The notes below the pieces were generated by a model that ran no database searches, had not been told where the DNA came from, and worked only from the letters and a program-made list of their open reading frames with translations. Positions 1-12,859 of a DNA stretch of 64,000 nucleotides are shown here, one piece after another (position 1 is the first letter of the stretch; the number at the start of each line of letters is the position of its first letter). Source of the stretch: Endomicrobiales bacterium (GTDB taxonomy: Bacteria > Elusimicrobiota > Endomicrobiia > Endomicrobiales > JALOBY01); contig CAWCNJ010000008.1 in assembly GCA_963796955.1 (NCBI GenBank), positions 1-64,000 on the forward strand. The letters are read 5' to 3'. The translations under genes and the position numbers were made by a program.

Positions 1-301
<301 letters not shown>

Positions 302-302
<1 letters not shown>

Positions 303-2962
303 TGTCGAATATTTATATTATCGACGGCAACGCCTATATCCACCGGGCCTACCACGCGCTGCCGCCCCTGACCGGGCCCGCCGGCCAGCAGGTGAACGCG
401 GTCTACGGTTTCGTACGTATGCTGATGAAGGTGCAAAAGCAGAAACACCCGGACCACTGGTGCGTTTGTTTTGATTTTCCAGCAAAGAATTTCCGCCACG
501 AGTTGTACCCCGCCTACAAAGCCCACAGAAAAGCAATCGACGACGAACTGAGATCACAGATGCCGCTGGCGCGCAGGGCCGCCGAGGCGTTGAACATCCC
601 GATCATTGAAAAAGAAGGTCTGGAAGCCGATGATATCATCGCGGCTATCGCGCGCGACGCTGCCGGGGCCGGTGTGCAGGTGGTCATTGTTTCGGGCGAT
701 AAAGATGTATTGCAGCTGGTCAAGCCGGGCATTGAGGTGTGGAATGAATCAAAGGGTACCACGATAGATACGGAAGCGGTGCAGGCAAAATACGGTCTTT
801 TGCCGGGCCAGCTGCCGGATATGTTCGCGCTGATGGGAGATACCTCCGACAACGTCCCTGGCGTTAAAGGTATTGGTCCCAAGACTGCGCAAACGCTGAT
901 CGCGAAATATGGTTCCATCGAAGGCGTGCTGTCCAACGTTGACAATATAACCGGCCAGGTGAAAGAAAAGCTTAAGGCCGAAGCGCAGAATGCGCTGCTC
1001 AGTAAAAAACTGGTCATATTCGATCCTGATCAGGCGCCTCATCTTGACTGGAAAGAATGCCGCTATCAGCCGCCGGTGGAAGCGGTCATCAATGCTTTTT
1101 TCGATGAAATGGGATTTATAAGCTTGAAGCAGGGAAAGACCGGTGAAGCCGAGGCTCAAACCGCATTCTCTGAAACGCCGGTCAAACCCCTCACGATCAT
1201 CCCGTTGCCGGAAGTACGACAGATCACTTCCCTGATCGAGTTGCGAAAGGCAGTCGCTTCGATCGTTGATACCTTATTCCTTGAACCAGGCTACGCCGAA
1301 AGCGGTAGTATTAATTCCTATTCATTTGCCGCAGGATCAGGGCCGGTCTATTTTTGCCCCATTAACGCGGGCGGCCATGACCTGCTCTCCGCCCCGGCGT
1401 TCGAAGGGAAGATCGATCCCGCTGCGGAATTCCTTGGTAATGGGAACATATGTCTTGTTGTCCATGATATAAAAAAACTGCTGCTTGCCTCTGGTATCGA
1501 TCCCTCTGCCATAAAATGCCGTATTAATGACACGATGCTGGCCGCCTATTGTATCGACGCCGCCGTTGATACTTCCACGCCGGAAAGCATCGCGAAAACG
1601 CTGGTTGCAAAAGCGGTGAACACAGGCGCCGATACCGAACTCCCGGAAGAAGCGGTTGCAGGCGCAAAGGCCGTTGAATGCCAGCGCCTGCTGCTAGAAA
1701 AATTTGATGAAAAACTGATCGGCGGTCTTAGAAAACTGTACGATGACATTGAACTTCCCGTCGCTTTTATACTGACCCGTATGGAACGTACCGGGATACG
1801 CGTTGACCTCAACTATTTGACCGGTCTCCAGAATCAATTCGGCCAGCTGCTGGGCACATTGTGCGCCGAGATCACGACATCGGCGGGCGTTGAGTTCAAT
1901 ATCAATTCTCCAAAACAGCTTGGAGTGATATTGTTCGAAAAGATCGGCCTGGCGGGCGGTGTTAAAACCAAGTCCGGCGGTTATTCTACGAACGAAGAAG
2001 TTCTCAATTCACTGGCAGCAGCACACCCGCTGCCGGCGTTGATATTGCGCCACCGGGAACTGCAGAAACTTAAATCGACGTACATAGACGCTCTGATCCC
2101 GGCGGCAGACGGCAATTCGCGCGTCCATACACGGTTCAATCAGGCCATTACCGCCACCGGAAGGCTGTCATCGTCAAACCCCAATTTGCAAAATATACCG
2201 ATACGTTCTACTGAGGGTATGAAGATACGCGCTGCCTTCGCCGCGGCGCCCGGCACCGTTTTACTGTCGGCCGATTATTCCCAGATAGACCTGCGGGCCC
2301 TCGCCCACCTGTGCAAGGATCCTGCCCTGGTACGGGCTTTTAAAGGGGGGGAGGACATTCACACCGCGACGGCCGCTGAAATATTCATGGCGGATCCTTC
2401 TTCGATCGACGACGGCCAGCGGCGCATCGCGAAAACGATAAACTTCGGGATCGTGTACGGTATTTCGGCATTCGGCCTTGCCCAGCAGCTGGGCATAGAT
2501 AATTCCCAGGCTAAGGCGTATATTGAAAGTTATTTCCAACGCTATCCCCGCATCCGGGCCTGGCAGGAAGAGCTGTTGTCCGCGGCGCGAAGGGACGGAT
2601 TTGTCACCACCTTGTTCGGTCGGGTACGCTCTATTCCGGGGATAAATGCGAAGAACGGCATGATACGCTCTTCAGCCGAGAGGATGGCCATCAACATGCC
2701 CGTGCAGGGAACATCGGCTGATATTATCAAGATCGCGATGATCGCGGTGGATACACAGCTGACACGTAATAAACTGAAAACCAAAATGCTGCTGCAGGTG
2801 CATGATGAGCTGGTATTTGAGACGCCGGAAAACGAGGTGGATGCGGCCTGCGCGTTGATAAAAGAATGTATGGAACATGCCGTCAAGCTGGATGTCCCCT
2901 TGGAAGTACAGCTGGATAAAGGTATGAACTGGTCCCAGATGGGCAGCTGGAGTGAGCAATGA
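302..2962 (+). CDS. polA: DNA polymerase I
   Basis: 886 aa; 5'-3' exonuclease N-terminus (IDGNAYIHRAYHA, EADDII, GDTSDNVPGVKGIGPKTA); polymerase motifs (TGRLSSSNPNLQNIP, DYSQIDLR, AKTINFGIVYG, QVHDELV). Confidence 0.97.
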
Positions 2963-3564
2963 CCTGCCGTGTCGTCGGTCTCACGGGCTCCATTGGAGCG
3001 GGGAAATCGACCGTCGCCGCTCTCCTGCGCGAACTCGGTGCCGCGGTGATCGATGCCGACACCGTCGCACATCAGATCTACGCTCAGGATAAGAAGTTAC
3101 GAGCGGCGTTAGTACGGCGCTTCGGCAGTTCCATAGTTTCGGCAAACGGCATCATCGACCGGAAAAAACTTTCGCTGGCCGCCTTCAGGACAAAAGCAGA
3201 TCTAACGGCGCTTGAAAAGATCACCCATCCGGTCATCTTGAAAGAAATAAAGAAGCGGATCTCGAAATCCGGTGACGTGAGCCAACTGTGCGTCGTTGAG
3301 GCGCCGCTGTTGTTCGAATCCGGTTTTGACCGGTTCTGCGATGTGGTGGTGCTGGTTACGGCTCCCTTTACAAAAGTTATTTCCAGGGCGAAGGTCTTGC
3401 GGCGTCTGTCTATAGAGGAACTTGAAAAGAGGAACAACCGCCAGTTGCCGGTTTCAGTAAAGCTTGAAGGATCGGATTACATGATCGATAACGGCGGTTC
3501 CCTGGCACAGACGCGCCGCCAGACCCGGTTGCTGTTTGAAAGCTTGACAAACAGTAAGAATTGA
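2959..3564 (+). CDS. coaE: Dephospho-CoA kinase
   Basis: GLTGSIGAGKST P-loop, IDAD, THP, EAPLLFE motifs; usual position after polA with ATGA overlap. Confidence 0.95.
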   Translation: MTCRVVGLTGSIGAGKSTVAALLRELGAAVIDADTVAHQIYAQDKKLRAALVRRFGSSIVSANGIIDRKKLSLAAFRTKADLTALEKITHPVILKEIKKRISKSGDVSQLCVVEAPLLFESGFDRFCDVVVLVTAPFTKVISRAKVLRRLSIEELEKRNNRQLPVSVKLEGSDYMIDNGGSLAQTRRQTRLLFESLTNSKN

Positions 3565-3572
3565 TATAGAAT
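3544..3572 (+). promoter_or_regulatory. Sigma70-type promoter for rho
   Basis: TTGACA (3544-3549), 17-bp spacer, TAGAAT (3567-3572). Confidence 0.7.
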
Positions 3573-3692
3573 GTTCAAAAGGTAAATACCCCACTATTTT
3601 AACTCCCAACGAATTGAAACCTGAAATAACGCCTCAAAAAAACAAAACCTAAACATGCCTATCGTAACACACCCCACCGCCGGAGGAAATTA

Positions 3693-4970
3693 ATGGAAAA
3701 CAACAAGTCCATGGACGTTACCGTTTTGTCAAAGCAGACCCTGGTAGAGCTGACGAACATAGCCAAAGGTCTTAAGATAGAGAACCTTTCGGGTTTGCGC
3801 AAACAGGAACTTATCGCGAAGATATTGGAAGGTCAGGCTAAAGAGAATAACCCCGTCTACGACGAAGGCGTTCTTGAGATACTGCCGGACGGTTTCGGCT
3901 TTCTTCGCTCACCCAATTACAACTATTTGCCGGGTCCTGATGACATATATATCTCACCTTCACAGATAAAAAAATTCGCCCTGCGCAAAGGCGATACGGT
4001 CGCCGGCTACGTGCGGCCGCCGAAAGAGCAGGAACGCTTTTTCGCCCTGCTGCAGGTAAAGACCGTCAACGCCCAGGAAGTCGATCATATCCGGGAACGT
4101 CCGCTCTTTGACAACCTGACTCCTTTGTACCCGAATAAGAAGATCACGCTGGAGACCGTTCGCGGCGAATTGTCAACACGGGTGTTAGACCTGGTTACAC
4201 CGCTCGGCAAGGGTCAGCGCATGCTTATAAATGCCGCGCCCCGTACCGGTAAAACCGTTATGATGCAAAAGATCGCCAATGCGATCACCATGAACCACCC
4301 GGAAGTAGTGTTGATGGTACTTCTGATAGACGAGCGCCCCGAAGAAGTTACCGATATGCAGCGTTCCGTCAAAGGTGAAGTTGTTTCGTCGACGTTCGAT
4401 GAACCCGCGGACCGCCATATTCAGGTCGCCGAAATGGTAATAGAAAAAGCAAAACGCAATGTCGAGCACGGCAAGGATGTGGTGATATTGCTTGATTCCA
4501 TAACACGTCTGGCCCGCGCCTATAACACCGTAACTCCTTCCAGCGGAAGAGTGCTTTCCGGCGGTCTTGATTCCAACGCCCTGCAGCGGCCGAAAAGGTT
4601 CTTCGGCGCGGCACGGAATATCGAAGAAGGCGGCAGCCTTACGATCATCGCGACCGCGCTCGTAGAAACAGGCAGCCGCATGGACGATGTGATATTCGAA
4701 GAGTTCAAGGGCACCGGTAACGCCGAGCTTTACCTTGACCGCAAACTCGCCGACCGCCGCATCTTCCCGGCCGTTGACATAACGCGTTCCGGCACCAGAA
4801 AAGAAGAGCTGCTTTTGACGGAAGACGAACTCAACAAGGTCTGGATCATCCGCAAGGTCGTCAGCTCCCTCAACCAGATAGAAGGTATGGAACTGCTCAA
4901 CGAAAAACTGTCCGCCACGAAGTCCAACAAAGACTTCCTCAAGTCCATGGAAACAGGCGGCCTGGCTTAA
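3693..4970 (+). CDS. rho: Transcription termination factor Rho
   Basis: [59 protein letters not shown] upstream. Confidence 0.98.
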   Translation: MENNKSMDVTVLSKQTLVELTNIAKGLKIENLSGLRKQELIAKILEGQAKENNPVYDEGVLEILPDGFGFLRSPNYNYLPGPDDIYISPSQIKKFALRKGDTVAGYVRPPKEQERFFALLQVKTVNAQEVDHIRERPLFDNLTPLYPNKKITLETVRGELSTRVLDLVTPLGKGQRMLINAAPRTGKTVMMQKIANAITMNHPEVVLMVLLIDERPEEVTDMQRSVKGEVVSSTFDEPADRHIQVAEMVIEKAKRNVEHGKDVVILLDSITRLARAYNTVTPSSGRVLSGGLDSNALQRPKRFFGAARNIEEGGSLTIIATALVETGSRMDDVIFEEFKGTGNAELYLDRKLADRRIFPAVDITRSGTRKEELLLTEDELNKVWIIRKVVSSLNQIEGMELLNEKLSATKSNKDFLKSMETGGLA

Positions 4971-4989
4971 ATTGTCTCATTGACAATAT

Positions 4990-5018
4990 TTGACATTTAA
5001 TTTATTTTTTGGCATACT
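4990..5018 (+). promoter_or_regulatory. Sigma70-type promoter for rpmE
   Basis: TTGACA (4990-4995), 17 bp, CATACT (5013-5018) preceded by TG (extended -10). A second TTGACA lies 10 bp upstream (4980-4985). Confidence 0.6.
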
Positions 5019-5056
5019 GTACGACAATACTTGTGTAAATAGATGAAGGAGAGACC

Positions 5057-5416
5057 ATGCGAGAAGGCATTCATCCAAAATATGTTGATTCCGTCGTAAG
5101 CTGCGCCTGCGGTTATACCTTTAAGACCCGTTCTACAAAACCGGTGATCAAGGTTGAAATTTGCTCAAATTGTCACCCGTTCTTTACGGGCAAGCAAAAG
5201 CTGCTTGACAGCGCCGGCCGTGTGGACCGCTTTAAAAAGAGATTTGCCAAGACCGAAGGCAAGGCTGCGGAGAAAAAGGTTAAGGTCAAAGTCGTTAAAC
5301 CCGCGAAGAGCAAGATACTTTCTCTTTCTCCAAAACGCGTGAATAAGGCTATGCCGATGCCCAAGGTTACCGCACCCAAAAAAGAAATAAAAGAAACGCC
5401 GAAAAAAGAAAAGTAG
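5057..5416 (+). CDS. rpmE: 50S ribosomal protein L31 (Zn-binding type) with Lys-rich C-terminal extension
   Basis: [47 protein letters not shown]. Confidence 0.95.
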   Translation: MREGIHPKYVDSVVSCACGYTFKTRSTKPVIKVEICSNCHPFFTGKQKLLDSAGRVDRFKKRFAKTEGKAAEKKVKVKVVKPAKSKILSLSPKRVNKAMPMPKVTAPKKEIKETPKKEK

Positions 5417-5433
5417 TTACCGATAGCATTTAT

Positions 5434-5477
5434 ATATGACAGAGTTATATCAATATAACTCTGTCATATTTTTATTT
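5434..5477 (+). terminator. Intrinsic terminator-like hairpin after rpmE
   Basis: Perfect 17-bp inverted repeat ATATGACAGAGTTATAT (5434-5450) / ATATAACTCTGTCATAT (5453-5469) followed by a T-rich run. Confidence 0.6.
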
Positions 5478-5486
5478 GGAGAAACG

Positions 5487-6560
5487 ATGATAGAGCAAAA
5501 GCTGAAAAATCTGGAAGACCGTTTCCATGAAGTCGAGAAACTGCTGGGAGACCCTGCCACGATGGCGGTGCAAAGCCGGTTCAAGGAGCTCTCGCAGGAG
5601 CATTTTTATCTGCAGCCGATCATGGCGCGCTACATCCAGTTCAAGCGGTTCAAACATGAACTCGCCGGTATCGATGAGCTGAAGAATTCTTCCGACAGCG
5701 AAATGCGGTTGATCGCAGCCAGCGAGCACGAGCAGTTGACCGCCAAACTTGCGGCGCTTGAGCTGGAACTGAAGTTCGCTATTTTGCCGCGGGATCCCAA
5801 CGAGGGAAAGGGGATCATCGTTGAGATCAGGGCGGGAACCGGCGGTGATGAGGCCGCTTTGTTCGTGGGCGACCTGCTGCGTATGTACTCCCGTTTCGCG
5901 GAAGCCCAGGGTCTGAAAGTTGAGCCCATGGACAGCAACCCGACGGGCATAGGTGGATTCAAGGAAATTATATTTGGCATAACGGGACCCAATGCCTGGA
6001 AATTTTATAAATATGAGCGTGGTATCCATCGCGTACAGCGGGTACCGGCGACCGAAGCCGCCGGGCGGATACATACCTCGGCGGTAAGCGTCGCGGTGCT
6101 GCCGGAAGTCGAGGAAGTTGAGATCGATATTAAACCTGAAGACCTCAGGATCGATACCTATAAAGCGTCGGGCGCCGGCGGCCAGCACGTGAATAAAACC
6201 GAGTCAGCGATACGCATTACGCATATACCGACGGGAGTCGTGGTGGCCTGTCAGGATGAACGCAGCCAGCAGAAGAACCGTGTAAAGGCCATGAAGATAT
6301 TGCTGGCACGGCTTAACGAGCAGAAAGTTATCGAAAAAGAAAAATCGATGTCCAGCGAGCGTAAGTCTCAAATCGGCACGGGCGACCGCTCGGAAAAGAT
6401 CCGCACATATAATTACCCGCAGAACCGAATAACCGACCACCGCATAAACTGGAGCATTCACCGTCTGCCGGAAGTGATGGAAGGCGATATGATGGAAATG
6501 GTTCGTGCCCTGATCAAGGCCGACCAGGAGCGCATGCTTGGCGCACAATCGAACGTCTGA
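5487..6560 (+). CDS. prfA: Peptide chain release factor 1
   Basis: EIRAGTGGDEAALF, HRVQRVPAT (PxT of RF1), GAGGQHVNKTESA, RTYNYPQNRITDHRI. Start moved to ATG 5487 (GGAG RBS) instead of 5436. Confidence 0.96.
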   Translation: MIEQKLKNLEDRFHEVEKLLGDPATMAVQSRFKELSQEHFYLQPIMARYIQFKRFKHELAGIDELKNSSDSEMRLIAASEHEQLTAKLAALELELKFAILPRDPNEGKGIIVEIRAGTGGDEAALFVGDLLRMYSRFAEAQGLKVEPMDSNPTGIGGFKEIIFGITGPNAWKFYKYERGIHRVQRVPATEAAGRIHTSAVSVAVLPEVEEVEIDIKPEDLRIDTYKASGAGGQHVNKTESAIRITHIPTGVVVACQDERSQQKNRVKAMKILLARLNEQKVIEKEKSMSSERKSQIGTGDRSEKIRTYNYPQNRITDHRINWSIHRLPEVMEGDMMEMVRALIKADQERMLGAQSNV

Positions 6561-7425
6561 GCAATGGACGGCGGGCAGGATACTGGAATGGATGACCGGC
6601 TGCTTTGCCAAAGCCGGCATTGAGGGCGCCAGAGCAGACGCCGAGATACTGTTGGCGGAAGCGATGGGCTGCAAAAGAGCGGCCGTAAATCTTAAGCTTG
6701 ATGACGTGCTCGATGAAGCGAAGCTCGCGCGGGTACGGTTTTTTATCGAAGAACGACGCCGGCGGAAACCGGTCGCATATATCCTCGGCGAGTGGGAGTT
6801 CATGGGACTTCCTTTTGTCGTAAACGAACACACGCTCGTGCCCAGACCTGAGACGGAACATCTGGTGGAAGCGGCCATCGCGCAGATCAGTCTGGAAAAG
6901 CCGGATACCGTCGTAGACCTTTGCACCGGCTGCGGCAACATTGCGGTTTCTGTCGCAAAACTTTCACAGGTAGAAACTGTGTACGCAAGCGATATATCGA
7001 ACGGGGCTCTTGCCGTTGCGGACCGCAATATCACCGGCAATGCAGTTTCCGGCAAAGTTCTATTAAGAAAAGGCGATCTCTTCACGGCGTTCGCATCTGA
7101 CGCCCTGGATGGAAGGGTTGACCTGTTGCTTTCAAACCCACCGTACATACCGGAGAATGAGTATGACGACCTTGCTGCTGAATTAAAATTTGAGCCTAAA
7201 AATGCCCTGATCTGCGGAGACGGCGGTTTGTTGATATATAGAAAGATCGCCCAGGAAGCACAACGTTTTCTGAGAGACGGCGCAACGCTGCTGATAGAAC
7301 TTAATGCCCGGCTTTCCAAAGAGATATGCCTTATCTTCAGTCAGGCGGGATATACGATCGTTGAAGTTATAAAGGATTACGCCGGGCACGACCGGGTGTT
7401 GAAAATGCGGTTCGGGAGACATTAA
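6538..7425 (+). CDS. prmC: Release factor glutamine methyltransferase
   Basis: PVAYILG, LVPRPETE, DLCTGCG, SNPPYI motifs; follows prfA; TTG start with AGGAG 7 nt upstream. Confidence 0.93.
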   Translation: MAHNRTSEQWTAGRILEWMTGCFAKAGIEGARADAEILLAEAMGCKRAAVNLKLDDVLDEAKLARVRFFIEERRRRKPVAYILGEWEFMGLPFVVNEHTLVPRPETEHLVEAAIAQISLEKPDTVVDLCTGCGNIAVSVAKLSQVETVYASDISNGALAVADRNITGNAVSGKVLLRKGDLFTAFASDALDGRVDLLLSNPPYIPENEYDDLAAELKFEPKNALICGDGGLLIYRKIAQEAQRFLRDGATLLIELNARLSKEICLIFSQAGYTIVEVIKDYAGHDRVLKMRFGRH

Positions 7426-8703
<1,278 letters not shown>

Positions 8704-8711
8704 TAGTCACC

Positions 8712-9916
8712 ATGAAGATGAAATCGGTCAGTGAGCAGGTTAGGTCAATATTGGACAGCGTAGCCGCTAAAGGCGATACGGCACTATTTTCTTTTACCAG
8801 GAAATTCGACAGGTGTGCGCTCACAGAAGATACCATTGAGGTCTCGGTCTCAGAGATCAAAGCTGCTTCAGCGAAACTGGACGTCTCTACACGACGCGCC
8901 ATCGAGATCGCCGCTTCAAACATACAGTCATTCCACAAGGCCGAACTGTCGCGCAGCTGCAAAACCTGGATCTTACATGACAAAGGGGTAAAGCGCGGGC
9001 AGATCATAGGGCCGCTGCGGAGCGCAGGGATATATGTACCAGGCGGGCGCTACCCATATCCGTCTACCGTGTTAATGGCGGCGATACCCGCTAAAGTTGC
9101 CGGTGTCAAAGAGATCGTGATGGTCTCACCGCCCAAAAATATAACGCCTGCCGTGCTGTACGCCGCGCAGGTTGCCGGTGTAAACCGTATATTCCGCATT
9201 GGCGGGCCGGCCGCGATAGGTGCGCTTGCGTTCGGCACAAGAAGCATACCGAAAGTGGACATTATCGTGGGGCCGGGAAACGCGTATGTCAACGAGGCAA
9301 AGCGCCAGGTGTACGGCCTTGTCGGCATTGATTCTCTGGCGGGCCCAAGCGAAGTTGCGATAATCGCCGATGGCGGGCGCCGGCGGACTACGTTGTCGCA
9401 GATGTGAAAGCCCAGCTTGAACATGATGAGCGGGCTGTTGCCTCGGTATTCTCTCTGTCAAAGGCCCTTACAAAGGCCATAACAAATATGCTGGACGAAC
9501 CGTTGTTGAAAAGGGTAAAACTTTCGACGGTAAATGCGCGGCAGGCGATAGCGCTGGTTAACGAAGCGGCGCCCGAACATCTGGAACTGCTGGTACAGGA
9601 CACTGCATATTATTTGAAAGGCATACAGAACGCCGGCGCTATCTTTGCCGGTTATGCAACCCCGACGGCAATGGGTGATTACGTGACCGGGCCTTCGCAT
9701 GTATTGCCGACGGCCGGAACGGCGCGTTTTTCGAGCGGATTATCCGTTGCGACGTTCTTAAAAAGAAGCAGTTATATGGAGTACAGCGCTCAGTCGGCCG
9801 TCATTGCCGCCGATTATGCCGCCCTTATGGCTTCAACCGAGGGAATGTCCTGGCATGAAGCGTCTCTTAATATTCGAAAGAATCCCGCTCAGCGGGATTT
9901 CGCAAAAAAACAATAA
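8712..9916 (+). CDS. hisD: Histidinol dehydrogenase (apparent -1 frameshift at ~9375-9377)
   Basis: GIYVPGG, YPSTVLM, GPGNAYV, AGPSEV in the first ORF; AQLEHD, APEHLEL, GDYVTGPSHVLPT in the second. One extra G at 9375-9377 joins them (ADGGAPADYVVADVKAQLEH). Confidence 0.92.
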
Positions 9917-9928
9917 CAAAGTCGAGAG

Positions 9929-10141
9929 GTGCTCAAGATGAATATAGAATTAAACCGCAGGGATCTGGAGCTGTTGCTTGTTATAATGGAAGATGTTGAG
10001 CAGGCAGCCCTTGAGAGCGACGGGAAATGCCCGTACGCCATGGAAGAACTGATGCTGTACGATAAAATTGAAAAAGCTCTTGCCATGATGGATACTCATG
10101 AAGTAACGCACTTTACCACGAACAGCGAACTGTCTCACTAA
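9929..10141 (+). CDS. Small acidic hypothetical protein
   Basis: 70-aa ORF with GAGAGG just upstream (ATG 9938 is an alternative start), filling the hisD-hisB gap; no family recognised. Confidence 0.6.
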   Translation: MLKMNIELNRRDLELLLVIMEDVEQAALESDGKCPYAMEELMLYDKIEKALAMMDTHEVTHFTTNSELSH

Positions 10142-10149
10142 GGAAGACC

Positions 10150-10743
10150 ATGAAAAACCGTTCGGCCGTACAAAAGCGCGCGACCAGGGAAACGGATATC
10201 TCTATTTCTCTGGGCCTTGAAAAACCGGGAAAGATAGCGGTAAGCACCTCTATACCGTTCATGGACCATATGCTGACGCTCTTTGCCCACCACGCGGGAT
10301 TTTCTCTGTCCATAAAAGCGAGCGGTGATACGCACATAGACGACCACCACCTTGTGGAAGATATCGGCATTACCCTGGGCTCCGCCCTTAAGCTGGCGCT
10401 GGGCGATAAAAAAGGGATCGTCAGATACGGCAATTTTCTGCTGCCTATGGATGAGGCTCTTTCCTACGTCGCCCTGGATCTGTCCGGCAGGCCCCTGCTT
10501 GATTTCGGCGTGAAATTCGCCAAACAGAGCGGTGAACGCTTCGATTATTCCCTGATAAAAGAATTCTTTTACGCGCTTGCCGTTAACAGCGGCATGACGC
10601 TGCATATTTCCATGAAAAAAGGCTCCAATAACCATCATATCGCCGAAGCGGTCTTCAAGGGTTTCGGCCGTGCGCTGGCCGCCGCCGCAACACGCGATAA
10701 AAAAAATAAAAGCATCCCGTCCACGAAAGGCCTGCTGGCGTGA
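10150..10743 (+). CDS. hisB: Imidazoleglycerol-phosphate dehydratase
   Basis: RATRETDI, FMDHML, DDHHLVED, PMDEAL, NNHHIAEAVFK, IPSTKG. Confidence 0.97.
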   Translation: MKNRSAVQKRATRETDISISLGLEKPGKIAVSTSIPFMDHMLTLFAHHAGFSLSIKASGDTHIDDHHLVEDIGITLGSALKLALGDKKGIVRYGNFLLPMDEALSYVALDLSGRPLLDFGVKFAKQSGERFDYSLIKEFFYALAVNSGMTLHISMKKGSNNHHIAEAVFKGFGRALAAAATRDKKNKSIPSTKGLLA

Positions 10744-11381
10744 AACAGCCCGTCATAGCCGTCCTCGATTATGATATGGGCAATCTGCGCAGCGTGGCAA
10801 AAGCCCTGGAACTGGCGGGCGCGAAAGCCGTGGTAACCGCTCATGCCCGGCAGATCAAATCTGCCGACGCGCTGGTTTTCCCTGGTGTCGGCGCTTTTAT
10901 ACCGGCGTTAAAAAACCTTAATGAGACCGGCCTGATAGATACCATCCGCGACTGCATAGAGATGGATAAGCCGTTCCTTGGCTTGTGCCTGGGCTTTCAA
11001 TTGCTTTTTGATCATAGCACTGAAGGCGGGTGGCGGAAAGGTCTTTCGGTTCTCAGCGGCGAGGTGGAACGTTTTGCTTTTACCGGCAGGAACAAAAATT
11101 TGAAGATACCGCACATGGGCTGGAACCAGGTTGCTATCCGGTCACAACAGGCTGCAGCGACAATGTTCAACGGGATCGCCGATAACTCGTATTTCTATTT
11201 CGTTCATTCGTATTACGGCCAGCCGTCTAAAAAGGCAGACATTGCCTCCACCACGGATTACGGCGGCGATTTTTGCAGCGCCATAATAAAGGGCAAGGTC
11301 TGGGGCTGTCAGTTCCACCCGGAAAAAAGCGGTCCCACAGGGATCAGGCTGTTGAAGAACTTTATAAAAGAGGTTCAATAA
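10740..11381 (+). CDS. hisH: Imidazole glycerol phosphate synthase, glutaminase subunit
   Basis: DYDMGNLRSV, PGVGAF, GLCLGFQ, IPHMGWN, YFVHSY, QFHPEKS. Confidence 0.96.
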   Translation: MKQPVIAVLDYDMGNLRSVAKALELAGAKAVVTAHARQIKSADALVFPGVGAFIPALKNLNETGLIDTIRDCIEMDKPFLGLCLGFQLLFDHSTEGGWRKGLSVLSGEVERFAFTGRNKNLKIPHMGWNQVAIRSQQAAATMFNGIADNSYFYFVHSYYGQPSKKADIASTTDYGGDFCSAIIKGKVWGCQFHPEKSGPTGIRLLKNFIKEVQ

Positions 11382-12107
11382 ATGCTTATCATTCCAGCGA
11401 TAGATCTGCGCGACGGCAACTGTGTGATGCTGACCCAGGGCAGGCTGGACGCCGAAACTATTTATTCCAATGATCCGGCGTATCTCGCTAAAATATGGCA
11501 GGCCAAGGGCGCTAAAAGACTGCATGTCGTTGATCTTGACGGCGCTTTCCAGGGGTCTCCCAGGAACTTTGAGGTGCTGAAAAAGATCCGCGAGAGCGTT
11601 TCCATCCCCGTTGAGTTCGGCGGCGGTGTGCGCAGCATGAAAACGATAGATCTGCTCGCAGAGGCAGGCATTGATCACATTATCATCGGCACGATCGCGG
11701 TTTATAATCCTGAGCTGTTAAGAGAAGCGGTTGATAAATATGGCAGCAAAATAGTCGTGGCGCTGGATGTGCGCGATAACATGGTCGCGATCGCCGGTTG
11801 GAAAGAAACGACGGCTGTTGATGTGTTCGAGCTTGCCGGCCGCCTTAAAGAAATGGGTGTGGAAGAAATAATACATACCGATATCAAAAAAGACGGCATG
11901 ATGCAGGGTGCTAATATCGCCGCGCTGAAAGAAATAGCAGAGCGCAGCAAATTAAAAGTCATTGCTTCCGGCGGGGTTTCTACGCTTGCGGATGTTGAGC
12001 AGCTGAAAGCCCTTGAAAGCACGGGTATCATGGGCGCGATCATCGGCAAAGCCCTGTATAACGACAGCATAAAAATAGAAGACGCGATAAAGATAGCGGA
12101 GAAATAA
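11382..12107 (+). CDS. hisA: ProFAR isomerase
   Basis: [39 protein letters not shown]. Confidence 0.96.
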   Translation: MLIIPAIDLRDGNCVMLTQGRLDAETIYSNDPAYLAKIWQAKGAKRLHVVDLDGAFQGSPRNFEVLKKIRESVSIPVEFGGGVRSMKTIDLLAEAGIDHIIIGTIAVYNPELLREAVDKYGSKIVVALDVRDNMVAIAGWKETTAVDVFELAGRLKEMGVEEIIHTDIKKDGMMQGANIAALKEIAERSKLKVIASGGVSTLADVEQLKALESTGIMGAIIGKALYNDSIKIEDAIKIAEK

Positions 12108-12859
12108 TGCTTGCGGTAAGAGTGATACCCTGTCTGGACGTTGACGCCGGGAGAGTAGTTAAGGGAACCCGTTTCCTTAACCTGCGCGATGCCGGCGATC
12201 CGGTGGAAGTGGCTAAAAGGTATAACGTCGAGGGCGCCGATGAACTGGTTTTTCTTGATATCACAGCCTCGGCCCACAAGCGCCCGATCATGCTTGAAGT
12301 GGTCAGGAAGACCGCCGAACAGGTCTTTATTCCCTTAACGGTGGGCGGCGGCGTGCGCACGGTGGAAGATATTCGCGCATTGCTGAAGGCCGGCGCTGAT
12401 AAGGTTTCCATGAATACCTCGGCGGTAAATGACCCGGGTCTGATCGCAGCCTCCAGCCGCCGGTTCGGTGCGCAGTGCATTGTGGTAGCGATCGACGCCC
12501 GTCGGCAAAACGGCGCCTGGAAAGTATATACTCACGGCGGCCGGACCGAAACTGCGCTTAATGTCGTAGACTGGGCGAAACGGGTTGAGAAACTCGGCGC
12601 CGGCGAAATATTGCTGACCAGCATGGATTGCGACGGTGTAAAGAACGGTTACGATGAAGCGTTGCTGTCCGCGGTAAGCAGTAACGTACATATCCCGGTC
12701 ATCGCTTCAGGCGGCGCGGGGAAACTTGAACATTTTAACGGGGCCTGCAAAGCCGGCGCTTCTGCTGTCTTGGCCGCCTCATTGTTCCATTTTAAGGAAT
12801 TGAGCATTAAGCAGGTAAAACAGTATTTAAAGTCAAAAAAAGTTGCAGTGCGAATTTGA
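12107..12859 (+). CDS. hisF: Imidazole glycerol phosphate synthase, cyclase subunit
   Basis: [46 protein letters not shown]. Confidence 0.97.
   Translation: MLAVRVIPCLDVDAGRVVKGTRFLNLRDAGDPVEVAKRYNVEGADELVFLDITASAHKRPIMLEVVRKTAEQVFIPLTVGGGVRTVEDIRALLKAGADKVSMNTSAVNDPGLIAASSRRFGAQCIVVAIDARRQNGAWKVYTHGGRTETALNVVDWAKRVEKLGAGEILLTSMDCDGVKNGYDEALLSAVSSNVHIPVIASGGAGKLEHFNGACKAGASAVLAASLFHFKELSIKQVKQYLKSKKVAVRI

Noticed and set aside
6553..6555. ACG as a non-canonical or miscalled start of prmC (would give MSEQWT)
   Set aside because: TTG 6538 has a well-spaced AGGAG RBS, so no unusual start is needed.
6204..7319. Long minus-strand ORFs (371 aa here; also 5472-6188, 23086-23853, 30258-30935)
   Set aside because: Antisense shadows of well-conserved + strand genes, with no recognisable motifs.
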